Notes: a model not told the origin generated them from the letters alone. Shown: positions 41,414 to 51,604, counted from the first letter of the whole stretch. The stretch is 59,500 nucleotides of DNA, filler included, from 4 parts of 4 records of this genome joined end to end with filler, not necessarily neighbours in it; one strand, 5' to 3'. A program made the numbers and translations.

Positions 41414-41935
41414 ATGTCAAACACAGCCTTTCACACCCTGCTATTTGGCGTTCGTCGTTCTATCCGATACCATTTGAGGCGCAGATCTTTTTTTGACCGT
41501 CTCAGTAAATTTTCGACATTCTTTGCCGCGTTGGCTGGAACCGCTACTGTTGCTTCTGTTCTGGGTAAAGCAGGTTATGGATGGACCGTTGCCTTTTCCG
41601 TGGCCGTGGCCGTCTTCTCAGTCATCGATCTGGTAATCGGATCCGCGCAGTCCGCCAGGTTGCATCACGATCTCGCGAGGCGATTTATCAATCTGGAAAA
41701 AGACATGGTTTCCCTGAAAAGCCCCACCCAAGAGGAGATTGACGGGCTAACCGGACGTCGGCTTGACATTGAAGCGGATGAACCTCCGCCTTTAAAGGTC
41801 TTGGATTGTATTTGTCATAATGAGTTATTGCGGGCCATGGGATACGACGAAAAAAAGTTTGCAAGAATACGCTGGTATCAACGCCTATTCTCCCAACTGT
41901 TTGATATTCGGGAGAATGTTATCACACGAAATTAA
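41414..41935 (+). CDS. SLATT-like 2-TM protein
   Basis: Basic N-terminal helix (YH..RR.F), two TM helices, A..H..L...F..L helix. Confidence 0.6.
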   Translation: MSNTAFHTLLFGVRRSIRYHLRRRSFFDRLSKFSTFFAALAGTATVASVLGKAGYGWTVAFSVAVAVFSVIDLVIGSAQSARLHHDLARRFINLEKDMVSLKSPTQEEIDGLTGRRLDIEADEPPPLKVLDCICHNELLRAMGYDEKKFARIRWYQRLFSQLFDIRENVITRN

Positions 41936-42366
41936 CCTATACAACGATCACCCATTTCCACCAGATATTTTTCAACCGCAGCGCAGAATAATTTTGAGCG
42001 GTCCAAACCTTTGGTTTCCTTGACGACTTTACCGGCCTTTTCCAACAGGTCCACCGGCACCATGACATTAATCCGCTTTTTCGGTTTATACGCTTCCATC
42101 ATTTTCTCATTTGGTACAACCGGGAAAACCAATTCCCCATCTCCGGCTTCCGTTTTGATTTTTTCATACGAACGTGGTGCCTGATATTCACGCCCCAGGC
42201 GACCGATCACGATCATACCACTTAATGCATCGGTGGCCATATGCAGGGCTTCATCCAGGTCCCCACCTTCAGTATGAACCCCTGGCGCATCCGGGAAGCT
42301 AACCCCCCAGCCTGTTTTCAAACGAAAAAATATACCGTAATAATGTTTCATTGTCGTTACCTCCAT
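41932..42366 (-). CDS. hicB: HicB family antitoxin
   Basis: VSFPD.PG..T.G....EA..MA.DAL plus C-terminal RHH (RINV.VP..LL, RS.L). Confidence 0.9.
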   Translation of the reverse strand: MEVTTMKHYYGIFFRLKTGWGVSFPDAPGVHTEGGDLDEALHMATDALSGMIVIGRLGREYQAPRSYEKIKTEAGDGELVFPVVPNEKMMEAYKPKKRINVMVPVDLLEKAGKVVKETKGLDRSKLFCAAVEKYLVEMGDRCIG

Positions 42367-42455
42367 TATTTATCGGCCTGTTTCAATATCCCTTTTGCCG
42401 TGTATTCATCAATTTCAGAGTGACGGGGGACGGGGCATCTGTAACCCTTCCGGCT
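42366..42455 (-). pseudogene. hicA: Truncated hicA toxin (C-terminal half only)
   Basis: Manual translation ...KGYRCPVPRHSEIDEYTAKGILKQADK*; in-frame stop upstream and no start codon. Confidence 0.7.
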
Positions 42456-42570
42456 TGATTATTACATACGTGTGTAAATATGCCAAGTCATGGCTATACG
42501 TTTTCGCAAAAGAATCATACTCACCACATGGCACTGAGTTTCGTGAAGGGTGTTTTTTTTTGCCTGAAAG

Positions 42571-42629
42571 ATTTCAATTTGAAATCTTCTCTTGACATAA
42601 AATTTCAATACGTGTAATATCCCCCTCAA
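42571..42629 (+). promoter_or_regulatory. Rightward early promoter plus operator
   Basis: ATTTCA-ATT-TGAAAT at 42571-42585; TTGACA(42592)-N17-TAATAT(42615). Confidence 0.8.
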
Positions 42630-42931
42630 GTTGTTCGAACACCCCCTGCGCCGCCGGATTGCCGAAACAATAACAGAATCCGGAGCGGGCCGCAAAAACA
42701 GGACGCACTGCGGAATGATCCGAGTACCCTGAGCGGTTGCGGGTGGAAGCAACGAGCAGTTGAAATGTCGCGGGTTAGCCAAGAGGGAACACGATGGAAA
42801 CAAAAGAGATCAAGTACAGCACCATCAATGGCATGGTGTCATGGAGTGGCAAAACCGAAAAACATGGGTTTATTGGGGTAATGAAGGGCAGCGTAGAACG
42901 GTTACAAGAAGCAATGGAAAAGGAATTCCCT

Positions 42932-43117
42932 TCATTCAGGGTCTCTCTTGTTCCCAAGTAACTCGTCCCGCGCTTCTTGGAGCCATATGATCAGGGTGTC
43001 TATTTGCTCCGGTGGGAATGTTACGCGATGGTAGTCTTCTTCGGCGGGCTCTCTCCCGTCAATAACGACAACATCTCCTTCGGTGGATACTGAAATTTCG
43101 TACATGTCTTTTTTCAT
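42932..43117 (-). CDS. Hypothetical small protein
   Basis: AGAGGA SD, globular 61 aa. Confidence 0.5.
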   Translation of the reverse strand: MKKDMYEISVSTEGDVVVIDGREPAEEDYHRVTFPPEQIDTLIIWLQEARDELLGNKRDPE

Positions 43118-43588
43118 TCTCTGATCCTCTTTTTAAAAAAAAGGGGGGGGGGTTGCTCGGAAATGTAAAACAAATTTCACCTGATGACAAGATTTTTTAA
43201 CCGTTTCGCGCAAGAGAGGCAGCAATGCCCCAGAGACGCGGAACAATAGCGCATTCACACCTAAACCCACAAACCTTTAACGCATAACCTCACGGGCAAA
43301 GGGCCGGGCGGTCCGGCCAGCGCGGAGAGACCTTCTTTCAGTTGGTGGATAGCTGGGATCTTCGATAATAGAGTACCGCACTTTGCCGGAAACCGTTAAC
43401 GTTAAGTAATCCTTAGAGAATTAATCGTCCAACCGCATGACGACGGGTAAAAACTGCGGATGATATGCCGGGGCAGCGCCGGCACGCCTGACGAGCGGAC
43501 AATGTCAACGCCATTTGGTTTACCAGAGTTGTAAAGCCCGGCGGTTACTTTGCCGTTCCGCCTGGCTTTACAAAAAAAAAGGAGGACC

Positions 43589-43699
43589 ATGGAAACCATA
43601 TTCGAATTCATAAATGCAATCTGGCCGGTTCTGGGCAGTACAATACTTGTCAGTGCTCTTTTTGCCCTGGTTCACCTGATAAAGGCCATTTTTTCATAA
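43589..43699 (+). CDS. 36-aa single-TM peptide (not in ORF track)
   Basis: AGGAGG SD; METIFEFINAIWPVLGSTILVSALFALVHLIKAIFS*. Confidence 0.6.
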   Translation: METIFEFINAIWPVLGSTILVSALFALVHLIKAIFS

Positions 43700-43724
43700 A
43701 CCCGTTTTGCACCTGGAGGTCGTC

Positions 43725-44822
43725 ATGAACGCGCAAGAATTGCAGGCGACATTAGAGTCGTTTCAAAAGGAAGGGGCACATTTGCTCCTACCGTCCACAT
43801 ACATTCCCGATATCCCTAAATATCATACGGTTGCGGTTGAGAGGGTATTCCTATCTCCCGATAAAAGCGAAGGCGATGTTTACACCCAAAAACAGAAACT
43901 CGCTTTAACCCGCCAGGGCCTCATGAAACTGGCCAATGCTGCCGGAATGATATGGGACCCCTCTGGCTCAAAGCGGTTGGATGATCGAACCGACAAAGAT
44001 TATGTGGTGTACCAAGCTGTGGGCGGATTAAAAAAACTCGACGGCACCCCGCTTTTTATGAAAGCGGAGTATGACCTGGATTTTGAAATTATCCGGGAAG
44101 AGACTGAAGAGGGATATGAGGAAAAAAAAAGGAAGGATTGGGTTACTGGAAAATGGAAAAAAGACTGGTTCATCAGGATGTCTGATGACCAAAAGGACGA
44201 ATATATCAATAAATGCATCCGGCGGGATGTACTTCAGAAACGTAAACATAAGATCAAGTTGGCCGAAACGGGTGCCATGACCCGGGTAATCCGGGGTTTG
44301 CTAAATCTCAAATCCACCTACACCGTTGAGGAACTGACAAAACCGTTCATCGTTGTCCGTCTGGTCTTCCAACCGGATTATGATGACCCTGAGATTAAAA
44401 GCCGCATGGCCGCCGCAGCCGTGGGTGCGGTTGCAGGAATATTTGGCCCGGCATCAACACAGCCGGCGCTCCCCCCGGCATCCCAGGCTTGCCCGGTATC
44501 TGATGCGGAGATCCCGGATGCTCTACCGATGGATGATGATATCCCCGGTGACATTCCAACCGGTGCGGATCCCGAGGCTACAAATGAAGGCCCTGATCTT
44601 GGGGAGTTCCTGGGAATGTCCGCAAAAAACCGACTTTCCCTTCTCGGGGCAATGGCGAAAAACCGCGGCATGAACGATTCAGCAGCACTATGGGCCTTTT
44701 GGACGAAAACAACGGGCAAGCCCGCGCCGCAAAACGCGTTGAAAATGCCCGAGGATGACATGGTTTCGCTGTTTGAAGCACTAGAATCGTTCAGCCCTGT
44801 TGATGACGATATCCCATTTTAG
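43725..44822 (+). CDS. Phage protein, probably recombination/ssDNA-annealing associated
   Basis: GGAGG SD before ATG 43725; SSB-like DDDIPF C-terminus; precedes sbcD/sbcC. Confidence 0.55.
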   Translation: MNAQELQATLESFQKEGAHLLLPSTYIPDIPKYHTVAVERVFLSPDKSEGDVYTQKQKLALTRQGLMKLANAAGMIWDPSGSKRLDDRTDKDYVVYQAVGGLKKLDGTPLFMKAEYDLDFEIIREETEEGYEEKKRKDWVTGKWKKDWFIRMSDDQKDEYINKCIRRDVLQKRKHKIKLAETGAMTRVIRGLLNLKSTYTVEELTKPFIVVRLVFQPDYDDPEIKSRMAAAAVGAVAGIFGPASTQPALPPASQACPVSDAEIPDALPMDDDIPGDIPTGADPEATNEGPDLGEFLGMSAKNRLSLLGAMAKNRGMNDSAALWAFWTKTTGKPAPQNALKMPEDDMVSLFEALESFSPVDDDIPF

Positions 44823-44833
44823 GAGCTGATATT

Positions 44834-46021
44834 ATGAAAGTACTCCATTTTGCAGATGTCCATGCCCGCGATAAGGATTTGCCCGAAATCGAAGAATGCC
44901 TAATCGAAATCATCCAGGTTGCACACGATGAAAATCCGGACCTGATTGTCATGGCCGGGGACACATTTGACAGTCGAATGGTTCGCCTGGACTCACTATC
45001 ATCGAAGCTCATCTTTGAGAGCTACAAACACTTGGCCGATATAGCTCCGATGATAGTGATCGTGGGCACTCCGTCACATGACGGCATGGCGCCGGAAGTC
45101 CTGGAACACATCAAAGCAGATCATGAAATCTATGTAGCAGAAATTCCCGAACAGATACTCTTGACCGCTGACAATCATTTTACAGTTTCCCCCGTAATCG
45201 AGACCCCTAAAGCTGTTATTTCGATGGTCCCTGCCCCTACCAAACAATTTTGGGAACAGGCGGGAAACGGCAACCAGGATATTGAAGAAGCTGACCAGGG
45301 GATAGCGAATGCTTTGGGTGTCATGATGGCAGGCTTCGGCGCCACAGCTTATGATCACGATTGCCCCCACATTATAGCCGGTCATTTTACAGTGGGTGGC
45401 GCCCAGGTTTCCGAAACGCAGGTGATGACCGGCAGGGAGATCGAGGTCTCCCGTGAACAAATCGGATACGCAAATGCCGACCTGGTGGCATTAGGCCACA
45501 TTCATTATGCCCAAAAGATAGACAGCAACATTTTCTATTCCGGATCGATTTACAGAAAAGATTGGGGTGAATTGGAAGACAAAGGATGCTTTATCCACAC
45601 CCTTGAAAGCGGCACCCTTCATAGCGTATTTCACGAAACCCCGTCAAAAAAGCGCATGAAAGTGTCGGCCGATCTTACAAACGGTTGTCGGTCCCTGGAA
45701 GATGCTCTCAGCAAATATGACCACCTGGAATTGCTCGATGCCCGAGTCCGTTTTGAAATCCGCGTCTTTCAGGATGAGGCTGGGAACATCGATACGGATT
45801 CGCTCATAAAGCAGTACCCGGACCTCGATATTAAAATTCAGCAGGTCCCCAGGGAATCCGTTAGATCATCCGCGATCCTCAAGGTTGAAACGCTTCCGGA
45901 CAAGATCAAAGCTATGGCGGAACTTCGACGGGAAACAGTCCCGGCAACCATCCTTGCCAAAGCTGAACACCTGGAACTCATGCATGCGGATGAACTTTTA
46001 AAAATGGTGGTCAATGGCTAA
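44834..46021 (+). CDS. SbcD/Mre11-like metallophosphoesterase nuclease
   Basis: D.H, AGD.FD, GTPSHD, ALGHIH, YSGS motifs. Confidence 0.88.
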   Translation: MKVLHFADVHARDKDLPEIEECLIEIIQVAHDENPDLIVMAGDTFDSRMVRLDSLSSKLIFESYKHLADIAPMIVIVGTPSHDGMAPEVLEHIKADHEIYVAEIPEQILLTADNHFTVSPVIETPKAVISMVPAPTKQFWEQAGNGNQDIEEADQGIANALGVMMAGFGATAYDHDCPHIIAGHFTVGGAQVSETQVMTGREIEVSREQIGYANADLVALGHIHYAQKIDSNIFYSGSIYRKDWGELEDKGCFIHTLESGTLHSVFHETPSKKRMKVSADLTNGCRSLEDALSKYDHLELLDARVRFEIRVFQDEAGNIDTDSLIKQYPDLDIKIQQVPRESVRSSAILKVETLPDKIKAMAELRRETVPATILAKAEHLELMHADELLKMVVNG

Positions 46022-46244
46022 AGCCAAATGGATGCCAATGGAAAAGCTTTGTTGTAACTGCCATTCGTACGACCTTTTCCATCATAAACGACCGCCAGAA
46101 GACAACGAATACGGTCAGGCATTTTGTGAATATTACGACAAATTCTTTCCAAACCAGGGGCCGGGGAACGATCCTGCCGGATTGAGGACCTGCATTCACT
46201 GGAAACAGAAATGGAAACCGGAGGAAAAGGATGAAGATAAATAG
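46014..46244 (+). CDS. Small Cys-rich protein
   Basis: CCNC...C...C; overlaps both neighbours. Confidence 0.55.
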   Translation: MAKAKWMPMEKLCCNCHSYDLFHHKRPPEDNEYGQAFCEYYDKFFPNQGPGNDPAGLRTCIHWKQKWKPEEKDEDK

Positions 46245-48516
46245 ATTGGCACTCAAGGGGTTCATCGGCATTAAAAAAGGAATGGGTCTTGACGAAATTG
46301 AATTGGACCTTTCCATGCTTAACGGCCTGATCGCATTAAGCGGGAAGAACGGCGCGGGAAAAACTTCCGTGTTGGAATCACTTACGCCGTACAGAACTCT
46401 CGCCAGCCGGAAAAAGGCACTAACCGCGCATTGTTTCATGAAGGATTCTAAAAAAGAGTTGGATTTTGATTTCCAGGGTGACAGCTATCAAACCCGGATC
46501 AAAATCAATGCGGATTCGGGTAAACAGGAAGGGTTTATTTGGCAAAACGGCGCCAGCCTCGTGAACGGAAGCGCACGGGAATATGACCGAAAGATTGCTG
46601 AGATATTTGGTTCAAAGGACCTCTTTTTCAATTCCATCTTTTGCGCCCAAAACGCACAGAAACTATCAGACCTGACCACCTCGAAACTGAAAGAGCTTTT
46701 TTCAGAATTCCTACAGCTGAACAAATACATTGCATACGAGAATACTGTCAAGAAATGCCTTGGGGCACTGGATGCACAACTTGGTGCCTACGAACGTCAA
46801 ACCGAGTCCCTGCAAGAAAAGATTGCACTATTGATAGGGTGTGAAGGGCAGCTTGAGGGAACCATTAAGGCTCAAGGTGAAGAAAAGACACGGCTGCAGC
46901 GGGTTGAAATTGAAATCGAAGCAAACGGGAAAGCCATTATAACTCTGAAAGAACGCATTGCCGCCATGGAAGCCATGGAAGCGAGATCAGATGATTTCCG
47001 GCAAAGGATCTATTCCACCGAATGCGCTCTTTCCGATGAAAAAACAGCGTATGAAGGGCGTGTAGGGGGTATCCGCAGCGACCTGCGAAAATGCAAAAAT
47101 GATCTTTCCAAAATAGAAACCATCCTGAAAATGAAAGACGAAATTGAAACGGCCGTATCTCAGAAAGCGGAGGTTGAAACACGTATTGAAGCACAAACAT
47201 CTAAGGCTGAAAATTGCCAAACAGAGCTATCAGAGATCCGGGAGAAAATCTATCAGCATGATCAAACTATTCTACCGTCAATCCAATCCCATAAGCGGGA
47301 AATGGATATTCCGATCTTGAAAGAGCGTATCATCAACGCAGAGGCCAAGGCCGTGGAATTAGAGAAGCGGGATCAGGAATGCACATCAAGCGTTTGTTCT
47401 TTCATCGTCGGTGCATTGCAAGCTCAGGAATCGATTGATGGATTGCGGAAGGACCTTGCAGCACTTGAAACAGAAGTGGCGAAACATAACGAGCATGTTG
47501 AAACCGTGAGAAAAAAAGCGGCCGAAGAGAAAGCCGAAATGCAGGGGATTGAAAAAGAGGTCTTACTCAAAATGACCTTACTGAAGAACAGACTTTCCAA
47601 GGCGAAAGTCGAACTTGCTGAGCATGCGCGACGAGCGGAACATCACGACGATTTAAAAGTAGCAATGGCTCAAAAATCCGCAATTGAGGCGCGGGCTTCC
47701 GAATTGACCGGTCAGGGGATGAAGGAAAAGCGTACATTTGATGCGAAAACCGTCAAATTACAGGCAGAAATGTCAAAATTTAAGGCTTCCTTGGAAGAAA
47801 TTACATCAAAAATCGACAATTCCGCGAAAGAAAGGCTTGGGGAACTGTTGGGAGTAAACACGAATAAAATCAACGAAAGAACATTTCTAAGAGACAATAT
47901 CAACAGGCTTGAAGCCGAAATACAACAATGCCGAAATGATATCGAAAGAGAAAAAGCTTACCGGGAGCAAAAAGCCGAAATCATCACGAAAATTGAAACC
48001 TTAAAAACCCAGATATCAGAATGGACCTACCTTCGCAATGCTGTATCAAAAGACGGACTCCGGGCCCTGGAGATTGATGGGGTTGCGCCGTCCATTTCCG
48101 CCTACGCAAACCAAATCCTTTTCAACACATTCGGTCCGGCTTATTCCGTGAAATTGCGGACACAGGACGATGAAGGCCGGGAAACCTTGGATATCTTGGC
48201 GCTTGAGGAAGACGGCCGGGAAACCCTCCTTGACGATTTGAGTGGTGGGGAAAAGGTTTGGAGTCTAAAGGCTCTGCGCCTAGCCATGACGCTGATCAGC
48301 AAAGAGAAAAGCGGGAAGGCATTTTTTACCGCCATGGCAGATGAGGAAGATGGGGCACTTGACGCTGGAAACTCACAAAATTTCGTCCATATGTATCGCT
48401 CTTTCATGGAAACCGGAGGATTCGATGACTGCTTTTTCATCTCTCACCGGCCGGAATGCGTAGCGCTCAGTGACCACGTTCTTTCGTTCGAAAGTGGCTG
48501 CATAAACATCAACTAA
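46231..48516 (+). CDS. SbcC/Rad50-like SMC ATPase
   Basis: GKNGAGKT, Q-loop, coiled coil with central C-x4-C, LSGGE, DE.DG.LD, ISH. Confidence 0.9.
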   Translation: MKINRLALKGFIGIKKGMGLDEIELDLSMLNGLIALSGKNGAGKTSVLESLTPYRTLASRKKALTAHCFMKDSKKELDFDFQGDSYQTRIKINADSGKQEGFIWQNGASLVNGSAREYDRKIAEIFGSKDLFFNSIFCAQNAQKLSDLTTSKLKELFSEFLQLNKYIAYENTVKKCLGALDAQLGAYERQTESLQEKIALLIGCEGQLEGTIKAQGEEKTRLQRVEIEIEANGKAIITLKERIAAMEAMEARSDDFRQRIYSTECALSDEKTAYEGRVGGIRSDLRKCKNDLSKIETILKMKDEIETAVSQKAEVETRIEAQTSKAENCQTELSEIREKIYQHDQTILPSIQSHKREMDIPILKERIINAEAKAVELEKRDQECTSSVCSFIVGALQAQESIDGLRKDLAALETEVAKHNEHVETVRKKAAEEKAEMQGIEKEVLLKMTLLKNRLSKAKVELAEHARRAEHHDDLKVAMAQKSAIEARASELTGQGMKEKRTFDAKTVKLQAEMSKFKASLEEITSKIDNSAKERLGELLGVNTNKINERTFLRDNINRLEAEIQQCRNDIEREKAYREQKAEIITKIETLKTQISEWTYLRNAVSKDGLRALEIDGVAPSISAYANQILFNTFGPAYSVKLRTQDDEGRETLDILALEEDGRETLLDDLSGGEKVWSLKALRLAMTLISKEKSGKAFFTAMADEEDGALDAGNSQNFVHMYRSFMETGGFDDCFFISHRPECVALSDHVLSFESGCININ

Positions 48517-48528
48517 GGGGGAAGCAGG

Positions 48529-49437
48529 ATGAAAATACAAGAATCAATAGAAACGTCTATCTCCTGCTTGAGCGATGGAGATTTAGTGGACAAGGCTTAC
48601 AGCGGGTTACTTTCTATCCTTGAACTGGTGAAAACAGACAAAAACACAGGTAAAATTGGCAACATGTGGATAAACAATGGGGGCAGGATACGGAGGGATT
48701 GGGATGTGTTTGAGCCTCTTGTGAAAGGGATCTATATACCGGGGTCGGAAAGATGTTTTTGGAGCGGTTTTTTGGACCCTGTTGATCACCCACCACCAGA
48801 ATCAGGATGTGTTTACATTAAACCAAGATATACCAATTACAGCTTTGAGTTTATTACAATTAAAAGAATCCGACGATTTCCAAAGCATGCGGTATGTCAG
48901 TGTAAGAATCCGGCTTTTATTTATAAGACAATCAATGTTTTTGTCCCAAGCAACAGTTCCGACGATGTTTTTTGTGAACCTGGATATGTCGCTATCGATA
49001 AAGACGGACTCTTTCACACAGTTACCGATAGATTGAAATTGAGAAACAACCTTCTTGGCAATATCATAACTTCAATTAAAGAAGATTTCCAAAACGCAAA
49101 TCATTTTGCCGGGGGTGCAATATCCCTGCTGTCTGACAGGCGCTACCTCTGGAATGTTAGAACAGAAGAGGATTCAGGGTTTTCTGCTCCAGCAGTCGTG
49201 AATTTCGGTGTGGAAAAAGAATTGATAAAGAGCCTTTTTTTCGCAAGGGATGAACCTATGACGAAATTGGGCCGAAAAAGACCAATTTTACATTGGGTTA
49301 AAGCCCATGAAAGAAGGATCAAGAAAGGAATCGGGATAGAAATAGACCGCTATTTGAGGGGTATAACAAAATTCAAAATGGGTGAGCTTGAATTTTCGAT
49401 CACCAAACCAATAAAAGGCGGCATAAGCATCAATTGA
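48529..49437 (+). CDS. Hypothetical phage protein
   Basis: 302-aa ORF in operon; C-terminal HWVKAHER motif. Confidence 0.6.
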   Translation: MKIQESIETSISCLSDGDLVDKAYSGLLSILELVKTDKNTGKIGNMWINNGGRIRRDWDVFEPLVKGIYIPGSERCFWSGFLDPVDHPPPESGCVYIKPRYTNYSFEFITIKRIRRFPKHAVCQCKNPAFIYKTINVFVPSNSSDDVFCEPGYVAIDKDGLFHTVTDRLKLRNNLLGNIITSIKEDFQNANHFAGGAISLLSDRRYLWNVRTEEDSGFSAPAVVNFGVEKELIKSLFFARDEPMTKLGRKRPILHWVKAHERRIKKGIGIEIDRYLRGITKFKMGELEFSITKPIKGGISIN

Positions 49438-49561
49438 TATCGACAATATGCCGTTTGCCCTCTGCGCTATGACGGCCCACCTTGGGGACGGTGCAAGACC
49501 AATACAAGGCGCCCGCGCGTATCAAAGGCCATGATAATGAGTCGAAGGGAAAGAGAGAGAG

Positions 49562-49912
49562 TTGGCAAGGCAAACGGCATTGAAAAAAAGGAGCACCCCA
49601 ATGACATTCGAAGAAATAGACACCCTGCAGCATCGAATAGAAACGCTATTCATGGATCAATGGGAGGGAATGCCCGAATCCAAACCCACCTACACCGAAT
49701 GGTTTTACAGCGATGGCGGTCCACGGGATGCGATTGACACGCTCTTGAACAAAATGCGGGATGCTGTAATTCAAAAAACGTATGTCCCGGGATGTATCAG
49801 GTCAAAAAATCAATTTTTCCGGCCGATTCAGGTGTGTGAGAGATGCAAGGATAAAGACTCTTGTGCCCCCTATATGGAAACAAAAGAGCGCCTTGACGAG
49901 GTGGCGGCATGA
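49562..49912 (+). CDS. Hypothetical protein (start probably ATG at 49601)
   Basis: AGGAG SD; Cys cluster; ATGA overlap with the helicase. Confidence 0.55.
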   Translation: MARQTALKKRSTPMTFEEIDTLQHRIETLFMDQWEGMPESKPTYTEWFYSDGGPRDAIDTLLNKMRDAVIQKTYVPGCIRSKNQFFRPIQVCERCKDKDSCAPYMETKERLDEVAA

Positions 49913-51588
49913 GCCTCCGGAAGCATCAGAAAGAATTTGGCGAAACAATTGACGGGATCATAGAGGGATCCGGCGTGAAAACAATTGTCCTGGACGTAAC
50001 ACCCGGCGGCGGGAAGTCTGCCATTCCTCCTATTGCCGGAAAACTCATTAAAGCAGGCCTGGCCGACGCGATAGCATGGATTGTGCCTCGGAAGGCATTA
50101 CAAGATCAGGGTGAGAGAACGTTTCTTGACCCTTTTTTTCGAGACATACTCGGGCATAAACTCACAATCCGCACAAGCACGAACGATGTGGACCCGTGCC
50201 GCGGGCTTAATGGCCTGATCACGACATATCAAGCCCTCGGTTTGTCCAACTGGAACCTCGTCGAAGATTTCAGTCGGAAGCGATACATTTTAATCCTTGA
50301 TGAGTTCCATCATGTGGCAAAAGCCGGGACGTGGCATAAGGCCCTCGCCCCGTTGGTCGAAAAAGCCGCGTTTAAGGTCTTCATGACTGGAACCATGGCC
50401 AGGGGGGACCGGGAAGACATCGCTTTTTTGAAATACCAGATGGGAAGGCCGGTTTTCGGCCCCGAAACCAAATATATTGGGTACGGCCGTACCATGGCCC
50501 TGCAGGAACGGGCAATCATCCCGTTGCGCTTCCGTCTTTCCGATGCACAAGCGGCTTGGAGGAACGAAAGCAATGAAAAAGTCGAAGTTGAAAGTATCGC
50601 TAGAGTATACCGCCCTAAAGAGCTTTCAGCCGCCATTTACACGGCAGTGCGGACAGATTTCGCAAAAGCCCTTCTGGAAAGCAGCCTGGCTGACTGGCGC
50701 CAATACCGGTCGCGTACCGGCCATATGTCGGCCTTCCTGGCGGTAACCGCGGATGTGAAGCATGCCAAGCAAGTATTGAAATACCTTCAGGCCCGCGGCC
50801 TTCACGCGGAAATCGCAACCAGCCATGACAGTCCGCAGGCGCACAGGGCAATCAAAGGGTATAAGGCTGGAGAGTTCGATATTTTAGTCTCGGTGGCCAT
50901 GGCTTATGAAGGTCTCGATGTCCCGAGAATTACACATATCGCGAGTCTGACGCAGATCCGCAGTGAGCCTTGGATAATTCAGATGCTTGCCCGCGCGGTA
51001 AGAGTTGATCGCGCCATTCCATACGAGCAGCAAGAGGCTTTCATCTATGCCCCGGATGACCACCTTTTCAGGAAGATCGTGAACAATATCAAAGCCGAGC
51101 AGACAGCCATGGCTGGAAAATTCGGGCTCGAAATCGAAAGAGAATCCAAATCAGAAGGCGGCGGTGGACCGGACGTAATCCCCATTGGATCCACTCTCAC
51201 CGGGGACCGTTCCATCTTCCTGGGCGGAGGAAACGGAAACGCCTTCACACCTCCGCCCCCGGCGCCCATGCCGAAAACCCCGACAGAAATTGAGGCGGAA
51301 TTGAGAACGGAGATTGAGGAACACATCCGGAAATACTGCTACACGCACCACATTAAGATCCAGAAGATCAACGCCAGGATAAAACGGGAAACGGGGAAAG
51401 CCCGGCCGGAAATGACTTTGGCGGAGCTGGAGACGACCCTTGCCTTAGTTCGGGATCGGTATCCTTTGGACCGGAAGGGTAGGAAGCCAATAAGGCCCGT
51501 TATCAGCAAGCCAAGGACGGTTGTATGTGAGGGTCCGGGGGTACATGTGCAGGGGATTCTTTGGGAAACTCCGGAATGGCGAGCGTGA
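49909..51588 (+). CDS. SF2 DExH helicase (ResIII-like)
   Basis: TPGGGKS, DEFHH, TGT, EGLDVP, Q.L.RA.R. Confidence 0.88.
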   Translation: MSLRKHQKEFGETIDGIIEGSGVKTIVLDVTPGGGKSAIPPIAGKLIKAGLADAIAWIVPRKALQDQGERTFLDPFFRDILGHKLTIRTSTNDVDPCRGLNGLITTYQALGLSNWNLVEDFSRKRYILILDEFHHVAKAGTWHKALAPLVEKAAFKVFMTGTMARGDREDIAFLKYQMGRPVFGPETKYIGYGRTMALQERAIIPLRFRLSDAQAAWRNESNEKVEVESIARVYRPKELSAAIYTAVRTDFAKALLESSLADWRQYRSRTGHMSAFLAVTADVKHAKQVLKYLQARGLHAEIATSHDSPQAHRAIKGYKAGEFDILVSVAMAYEGLDVPRITHIASLTQIRSEPWIIQMLARAVRVDRAIPYEQQEAFIYAPDDHLFRKIVNNIKAEQTAMAGKFGLEIERESKSEGGGGPDVIPIGSTLTGDRSIFLGGGNGNAFTPPPPAPMPKTPTEIEAELRTEIEEHIRKYCYTHHIKIQKINARIKRETGKARPEMTLAELETTLALVRDRYPLDRKGRKPIRPVISKPRTVVCEGPGVHVQGILWETPEWRA

Positions 51589-51604
51589 TGATCTTAAAGT
51601 TTAT

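Noticed and set aside
43290-43366. c-di-GMP-I (GEMM) riboswitch-like start GGGCAAA followed by a hairpin
   Set aside because: Lacks the GNRA loop, GACGCAAAG and the tetraloop-receptor elements; similarity too weak to call.
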